Positions 55,199 to 64,000 of a stretch of 64,000 bases of DNA are shown here, in pieces (the stretch's first letter is position 1; each line of letters opens with the position of its first letter). The stretch is taken from NCBI RefSeq assembly GCF_009914755.1, contig NC_060943.1. One strand, given 5' to 3'. This stretch comes from the human T2T-CHM13v2.0 reference genome, Homo sapiens. Position numbers and translations under genes: made by a program. The notes beneath the pieces are model-generated. The model had not been told where the DNA came from. It saw only the letters and a list, made by a program, of their open reading frames with translations, and did no database searches.

Positions 55199-55457
55199 CT
55201 GACCCTGATAGTTGACACAAGGGATTTAGTTCCAGATAAAAACTGGTGAATTCTCCTATTGTTCCTCACTCCTCAGATCAGAATCTCCCCCTCTGCACTG
55301 TGGATGCCCAAGATGAAGGGAGATGAACCCATGACTGGTCTCAGGTCTGCAGATGCCTAATAACAAGCAGCCTCACACAACCCCAGTGGAGGAGAGGAGG
55401 GGGCTGTGGCTGCAGACAGACCTCGCATGACTCTAATCTGCCACCTATGGACTGTGT

Positions 55458-56371
<914 letters not shown>

Positions 56372-56536
56372 GTGTGACCCTAGTCAGTGACTGTCTCCCT
56401 GTGCCTCATTTTCCTTTCAATAAATAAGATAAATGCTATTTGGCTACAAGGTTGTTTATGAATTAACCTCAAAATGTTTACAATTACTTGATCTCAGCTC
56501 TGCACAGAGCAGCTGCCCAGATGAACAGCATGTATG

Positions 56537-57137
56537 TATTTGAAATGCTTGTTCCCCAGTGCTGTAAAGAAATAGCACTTGAACATAAATTTAATTTTCT
56601 CAGCAAGGCCATTTTTATATTTTCTGTAGAAAGGGTATACTCGCCAGCAATTTTGTGACAAGAGTACACCGAACAAAGGAGACAGGGTCATTTATAATCT
56701 GACGTGTCTACCTTACTGCTGTGTCCGGTTTCCACTGGCTGGAACAGGATGTCACATTTTGTATTTGTCCCGATTGGCTAGCAACTTAGAACTTTTTAAA
56801 AGAGGCAAAGGCAGAGGAGAACAAAGGAAGGAGGAAGTAACTTGTGGAATGCTGAGAAAGGTAAAAACCATCTTCAAATAAAGAAGAGGAGCAGGCTATG
56901 ACCTAATGCTTGCTTGGACCAGTATAAGCATGCCAGGGCAAATATTTAGGCTAAATTGTGGGAGCTAAGAACATAAAATACATTTTTTTTTTTTTTTTTT
57001 TTATTACAGCTAGCAGATATTTAAGAATGTTAGCACACGTCTTTGAGTAAATTTTGCTTCTAAGAGAGGTTGCTATTTATTCCTAATTAGACAGGGAGGA
57101 AAGTCTTTGAAGAGGAACCTCTACTTTACTTTTTACA
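56537..57137 (-). mobile_element. Solo ERV1-class LTR (LTR10-like)
   Basis: Minus strand starts TGTAAAAAGTAAAGTAGAGG, 4-bp TSD TATG; family name from recall. Confidence 0.75.
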
Positions 57138-57845
57138 TATGCTTATTTGCCTGTAAGAGAAAGGGCCCTGGGCCTGATTTCAGGTGGAGAAGGAGCTGCT
57201 GGGAGCATCCTCTATTTGTTCCTCCCCCTAGGGACCCTGAACTTACAAGGGAGTCACCTAAGTCCCCCAGGGCAATGGGCTCATGCCCTAGTAATCTTGT
57301 CCATCTGTGCTCTACATGCTGAGTCTCAGGTGAATGTTGAGGCTCTGTCTTTGCCCAGATGAGGGCCTGGGGGCTGAGCCCTGGCTAGTGACCAGCTCCA
57401 GGAGCCACTGCCCTTGGACAGCTGGTAAATTGTGGCTCCCGGTCAGCCCAGGAGGCAACAATCCAGCTCTGGCATAGGCTCCTCAGGGCTCCACAGGATT
57501 CCACAGACCCCTCAGTCCAGACCCTGACTTAGTTCTCCAGGGTCTTCTCAAGGTCATGTCCATAGGGAGGGCATGGGGTGCTTGGCTGAGACTGACCTCC
57601 CCCTGCTGAGTCCCCCCCATCAGACTGTCTTTCCTCAGCAGTGAATGCCTGCAGGGTCTGGATACGGGAAAGGAATTCTGATCTGTTGAAGTTTGTCTAC
57701 CCTGTATGTGTCCTGCAGTAAATGTTCAAACCCCAACATGGGACGTAATACAGAAGGGGACACAGGCACAGCCCAGGCCTGACAATCCCATGTATGTGAA
57801 GTAGAACTGACCCCCAACAGTCAGAGGCTGTGGGAGAATCACTCA

Positions 57846-58202
<357 letters not shown>

Positions 58203-58304
58203 CTAAGGTGGGGGAGAGAACATCAGTCAATATTGGGACCTATGTATTTGGATGGAAAGATGGGGCCCTGAGTTCTGAGGAGGTCTCTTCACCCCCTAGC
58301 CCTG

Positions 58305-58350
58305 GAGAGAGAGAGAGAGAGAGAGCACGTGCACGTGCACGTGCATGCAT
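58305..58350. repeat. (GA)n followed by (CACGTG)3
   Basis: Direct reading. Confidence 0.95.
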
Positions 58351-59101
58351 GGGTCCTGCTGAGTCAAAGTCAGCAGCATGACCCCCATTCCCTCAGCACC
58401 TCTGACCTTGGCACTTCCAAGTTTGGAATCCTCTTCCCCAGGAGTCTGCACAAACCCCCACCCCTTATCGCCCTCAGATCCTGCTCACATCAGGACATCC
58501 TTGGGAGACCCTTCCCCTGACACCTCCTCTAGAGACCCTTGCTCTTCTCTTCTCTTTCTGACCTTTCCCAGCTCTGTTCCCTCCAGGGCTCTTGTCAGCA
58601 CCTGACCTCACATTCTAGATCTCTTTGGGTGTCTGTCTTCCTCCCATGAGAGCGTGAGCTCCGTGAGGGTGGGGACTTTTGTGATCTTGGTTGCACCCCA
58701 GTGTCTGGGACAGGCTGCAGACTCCTGTGGATGAGTTCATGAGTGTTCCCAGGGCCCTCCATGGCCTGAGGTTTGTGGGTAAGGACAGTGTTTAGTGGCC
58801 CTGGTTCTGTTTTTTTCTGGAGTGTTACCCTGACATAACATTTTATTGTCATCAGTTTTCAGAATTTATTGATCAGTGATGATTCACTTGCAGTATATTA
58901 ACAGTGGAGATTGTTTCTCCATTAACAGCTTCAGATCATTGAGATTTTCCTGGTGTGACCCCTGTCCCTCTCTGGTGTCCTCTCCTCTGAGGCTCCAACA
59001 GAAGCCCTCTGTCCCCCCTCAGAGTCCCATCCTCCCCAGGAGATCCCAGTCAGTCTCTGTGCTCCCTCCTCCCACCCACTCCCAAGGAGTCCTCCCCTCA
59101 C

Positions 59102-59240
59102 CTGTGAGAAGGAACCCCTGCCAGGGGATGCGCCCTCTGCAGGGAGGGCTGAGGGAAGAGCTTGAGCTCCAGGAACGCTCTTGTCAGGGCTGCTGTGACT
59201 GTCAGCTCTGCTGTCCTTCCTCCCTGTGTGCTGAGCCTCC
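59102..59240 (-). pseudogene. Pseudogene leader exon, start codon deleted
   Basis: Aligns to CEACAM1 exon 1 but is 45 nt shorter between the shared anchor and the donor, removing the ATG; donor CAG|GTGAGG intact. Confidence 0.9.
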
Positions 59241-59650
59241 TCCCAGGGCAGGAGCACTTCCCAGGGTCATGGGTGGGGGTGGGCTCTGCCCAGGAAGCCT
59301 CTCTGCCCCCTCCCCTCTCAGTCCTGCCTTCTTGTCCATTCTTCTTTTTTCCGTTCTGTCTTCATTTACATTCCCCAGACTATGCTTTGAGAAGCAAGGT
59401 TTATTTGGACCCCTGTCCCTTAACAGGACAAATCACCCTCCCCAGCACTGATCTCTGCTGTGTCTTGGCCTTGGGTCTGTCAACACCACACAGAGAGTCC
59501 CTGGGGTCCCCGAACCTGGTTTGTTGTCTCTATGACAAAGAAATCCCTCGGTGTATTCAGGGTCTTCTTAGTGTTCTTAAATGTCTGGGAAGGTTGGATT
59601 TCCTCCCAGCAAGGAGGTCACAAAGATGTCTGGGGTCCTAGGAATGGACA
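59240..59650 (-). promoter_or_regulatory. Pseudogene promoter region, paralogous to the CEACAM1 promoter
   Basis: Collinear similarity with about 25885-26290; activity unknown. Confidence 0.6.
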
Positions 59651-59846
59651 CATCTGGGGCTAAAGCCCAGGTCTAAGAGTCTTACTTGTTCTTTCTGCAG
59701 CGCTATGTGGCCCTAATTTCCTGGGAGTAACTGAGAATGAAGCTGCACGTTGCTGTAGTATTATGTCATCCAGACCTCAGACATTTCTAGATCACCTTTA
59801 TGATTTTCTCTACAGCTTGTTCCACATTTATTATTTACTTCATACT

Positions 59847-60165
<319 letters not shown>

Positions 60166-60984
60166 TAAATTTAGTTTACAAAACATCTTTGTTTATCAGG
60201 GCACAGTGGCTCACACCTGTGATCCCAGCTACTCGAGTGGCTGAGGTGGAAGGATTGCTTGAGGCCAGGAGTTGGAGACAAAACATCCTTGTCTTATGCA
60301 GTATTGTCCATGAAATTACAGATTTGATGTGTGCTTAAATGTTTTTCTAACATGCATTAAAATAAACACATGAGTATTAAAATTAAAAAACAGCTTATTT
60401 AACTTTCACCTAAAATCAGTTTTGGGAAACGCTGATACAGTGGCATAAGCATGCACTTTATATCCAGATAGACCTGGGGTCAATTACTGGCTCCATCACT
60501 TAACTATGTCAACTTGGACACGTCACTTGGCTTCTGTGATCCTTGATTCCCTGATTTGTAAAAGGAGGATGGTAAAATCCACCTTGCAGAGTTGTTGGGA
60601 ATAAGTGAGCTGCTGTGGGAGCCCCGTGCCCAGGCAGTTGTTGAGTACATGATGGTTATCATTGTGGTTATTGCTGTGGGATTCTGGTTATTTTCCAGAG
60701 AGAGTGTCTATGCTGGAATATTGGGCTTGTGGCTTTCTGGTAATGTACATGTGTGATAAGTTACTTTTTCGCTTGTTAGGACTTGTGGTGCATCTGTCAT
60801 TATTTTCATGTCACAGTTTTACTATCTATTTGCTCTGCGATTTTGGTCAAGTTGTGTAACTTTTCTGTGCCTCATTTACCTAATTTCTAAAATGTGGGTA
60901 ACAGTAAACTAGTGTGAGTGTGTATTTCCCAGATCTGACCACTAGAGAGCACAGAAGCACCAGCACCTTCTAACCGTGGGCCTA

Positions 60985-61420
60985 TCAGTGCCGATGGCCT
61001 GCAAACATCGTTCTCCCATGAAAGGAACCAGGGCTCCCTGGAGAAATAGCTGATTCCAGGGCTGGGTCAGGAAAGCATAGAGGAACCTGGAGCTCCTTGT
61101 GGGGCCAGAAAATAAGGAACTGCACGAAAAATGGTGGGGATGTGTCAAAAGGTCACAGATTTCCAAGGAACTCTCAATGGTCAATTTTGGGACAATATGA
61201 ACAACATAATAAATAATGATAGTAATGGATTCCAGTTCATAAATACCCATGAATCCATGCTGATATAAATAAATAATTGAATAAATTAAATAAATGAGGA
61301 AGCAGAAATAGCTTTTTCTTGTAGCAGAATTCCAGTTAATAAATGTAGAAGGAGTGGTGGAAATGGAAAATCACTATTTGGCTCACAACACAGGAATTGT
61401 TATTTATAGGCAAGGATCAT
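60985..61420 (+). mobile_element. L1MC-type 3' UTR fragment
   Basis: AAAGGAACCAGGGCTCCCTGGAGAAATAGCTGATTCCAGGGCTGGG motif. Confidence 0.65.
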
Positions 61421-62127
61421 CATGGAATATGAAGAGGCCTGGAATGAGGCAGGAGTGAGAACAGGTGGCGTGATTTTGTTTCCCTGAGAGGAGGGAAGAG
61501 GCAAGCCATGAGTCAAAGCCCTTTGATTTTTGTTTGACAGTTCTTCTCTCTGTGTTTTCAAATTATCCCAGCCTGTTGCCTTGTCACAGAGTTGGTTGTG
61601 GGCTTTGCTACTGCAGGGGTTATAAAGCACGTGCAGGGGCCAGGGACTGTGCTAGGCAGTGGAGCCTGTGTGTGAATTGAAGGGTCAGGCAGGGCCTAAG
61701 CGTGGTCTGATGCAAACCACTGATGTGACTTCTTTCTTGAAAATTCTAAAAATAATCTCTGCCTTCAGGAGCCTCAAGTCTAATGAGGGAGATGACATCC
61801 ACTTTATAAAGCCTAGAGATATGAGTGCAGTAATCTCTCAAAGTGGCAGAAGTGCATGGGGGACTCCGAGTTGGGTGGAACTTGAGCTGGCCTCACAGGG
61901 CAGGGTAGGATTTGGGTTGGTGGAGGGCAGAGAGAACGGCTGTGTGGAGCAGGGGTGTGTTGTAGGAGAGGCACTCTTTGGAGCTCTTTGTATGGAGATC
62001 ATTGAGGGTAGGGGCTGTTTGTGTTCATTTTTGTATTCCCTGAACTCATAGAGCCTGGCACTTTGGGAGTATTCTATAATTGACTGTTGAATGGAATGAT
62101 CGTTTCGTAACCTGTTAACTGGGCCTG

Positions 62128-62189
62128 ATGTGTTAGAAAATATGTAAAAGTGCAGCCTGTGTATTAGAAAATGTGTGAAAGTACAGCCT
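62128..62189. repeat. Diverged 31-bp tandem duplication
   Basis: TTAGAAAATATGTAAAAGTGCAGCCT / TTAGAAAATGTGTGAAAGTACAGCCT. Confidence 0.75.
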
Positions 62190-63311
62190 ATGAGCAGAAA
62201 GAAAATCTTACTGAAAAGCGATCCCACGTACACATGGAGCCTGGTGCGGCCGCTTTACTTATGCTGCTGAGTTCTGCATCAGTCCACACCGAGGCCACCA
62301 CAGGGGCCGGGAGCTCCTCCTCAGACCTTCCTCTGGGTCCCTCAATCTCTTTACCCCCCTGTTCTCCCAGGTCCTGCTCCCTGTCAGTTCACTCCATCTG
62401 GTTTCCCCTCCATGCACTTGGGGTGGGTATCACATCCTGTGTCTCATCACAGGGGGCTTTGGGTCCCTCAGATCCATTGATTAAAACACCTCTAAAACAA
62501 ATGGACTTTCCTCTTGTTAACATGACAACTTCTTATAATGCATTTCAAGAACATTATTTGTGTCAAGAGTCTCTCTGATGTACAGAGGCCCTCCCTCCCC
62601 CAGGAAGGAGGTCAGGGGAAGTTAGGAGAAAACAGTGTCCTGTCTGGGTTGCTTATTTCCCTATTCTGCAGTGTATTTGGTAGACGTTCAAAAATATTTG
62701 TTGACTCTGTCCATGATCCACATGGCTCTCATATAGTCATTTATTCACACACACATTCAGTGAGGCTTTGAGCGCCTAGTGTGTGCCTGGTATTTGCTAG
62801 ATGGTGGATGCTGAGAAGATCAGATGTGCTGCTGTCTCTGAGGAGCTTTCACTATATAGCTGCACCTAGGGTGACCGAATGCACCTGCCCCACTTTACAG
62901 ACATGGAAATTAAAGTGCAGGCAAGTCATAGGACTAGTTCAATGTCACAAGGTCACTAGCCTCAAAGTTATAGGAGTAAATCAAGTTTTCTGACTTGCTG
63001 GATTTTCTGTTAGTGTGCAGCCACCTGGCTGCTGCAGGTGCAGACATGGTGAGCTCCGATAGGAGCGAGGACGCTCAGAGTGAAGTGGGAGCCCTGAGCA
63101 CCCTGGATTAACCAGGAGGACATGCCGGGTCCAGCTATGACTGCACAGAGGACCATCGGGAACATTTGAATTCTCTTTTTCACTTTGAGCTTGAAATGAA
63201 GAAAACTGATCCCAGAAAACCAAGCGTGGAAGGTATTTCACAGGGCATTGGTGAGATGGGTCAGAAAATCCTGTGTTGATGTCTGTCATCATGTTTGTCA
63301 CTGAATAGTAA

Positions 63312-63731
<420 letters not shown>

Positions 63732-64000
63732 TCCGATAAATATTTCTTACAAAATAAAACAGAATAAAAAGTAGACATCTGCACAGGTGTGGGATGACTG
63801 AGCAGCAGCAGAAGCAGGAAAAGTCAGCGTCCCCAGATCAGCTGATGTGGCATTTGGCTTCTAGATAGGGGTGAGGTGCCAGGACAGGGACGGGGGTCCT
63901 GGGGCTCTGCTGCTCTGGGGAACACCCCTAGGATTTGGAGTGTCTGCTGTGGTTGCTGCACTTCACTTGACCATGGGAAAGTGACCAGAGGGTGTGGGGC

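Noticed and set aside
56906-56940. p53-like half sites in the LTR10-like element
   Set aside because: Only imperfect half sites (AAGCATGCCA); no adjacent full consensus pair.
58876-59641. 191-aa and 159-aa plus-strand ORFs over the pseudogene promoter
   Set aside because: Low-complexity antisense frames with no recognisable domain.
62246-62253. Isolated NotI site suggesting a CpG island or promoter
   Set aside because: Surrounding sequence is not CpG-dense and shows no gene structure I can recognise.

Overview
Primate, almost certainly human, genomic DNA from the CEA gene cluster (19q13.2); there are no prokaryotic features. The complete CEACAM1 gene lies on the minus strand: 9 coding exons of 64+360+279+255+288+130+53+32+120 = 1581 nt (526 aa), all introns GT-AG. 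The sequence basis of its long/short, Alu-exon and soluble isoforms is visible. About 25-33 kb upstream, in the same orientation, is an unprocessed CEACAM3/CEACAM4-like pseudogene (probably CEACAMP2/CGM9). Its front half is destroyed (ATG deleted, N-exon frameshift, donor lost), but its TM exon and ITAM-bearing tail exons are still open with canonical splice sites. The rest is dense in transposable elements: about 40 Alus including a young AluYb8, several L1s, three solo ERV1 LTRs with TSDs, and a full-length THE1 element with a near-intact internal ORF nested in MLT1. This is a well-studied locus and I cannot demonstrate a new biological system from sequence alone. The best leads are the latent TM+ITAM module, possible read-through from the pseudogene into CEACAM1, and a relic duplicated segment near the CEACAM1 promoter. 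Repeat subfamily names are from recall, and repeat boundaries without a stated TSD are approximate.
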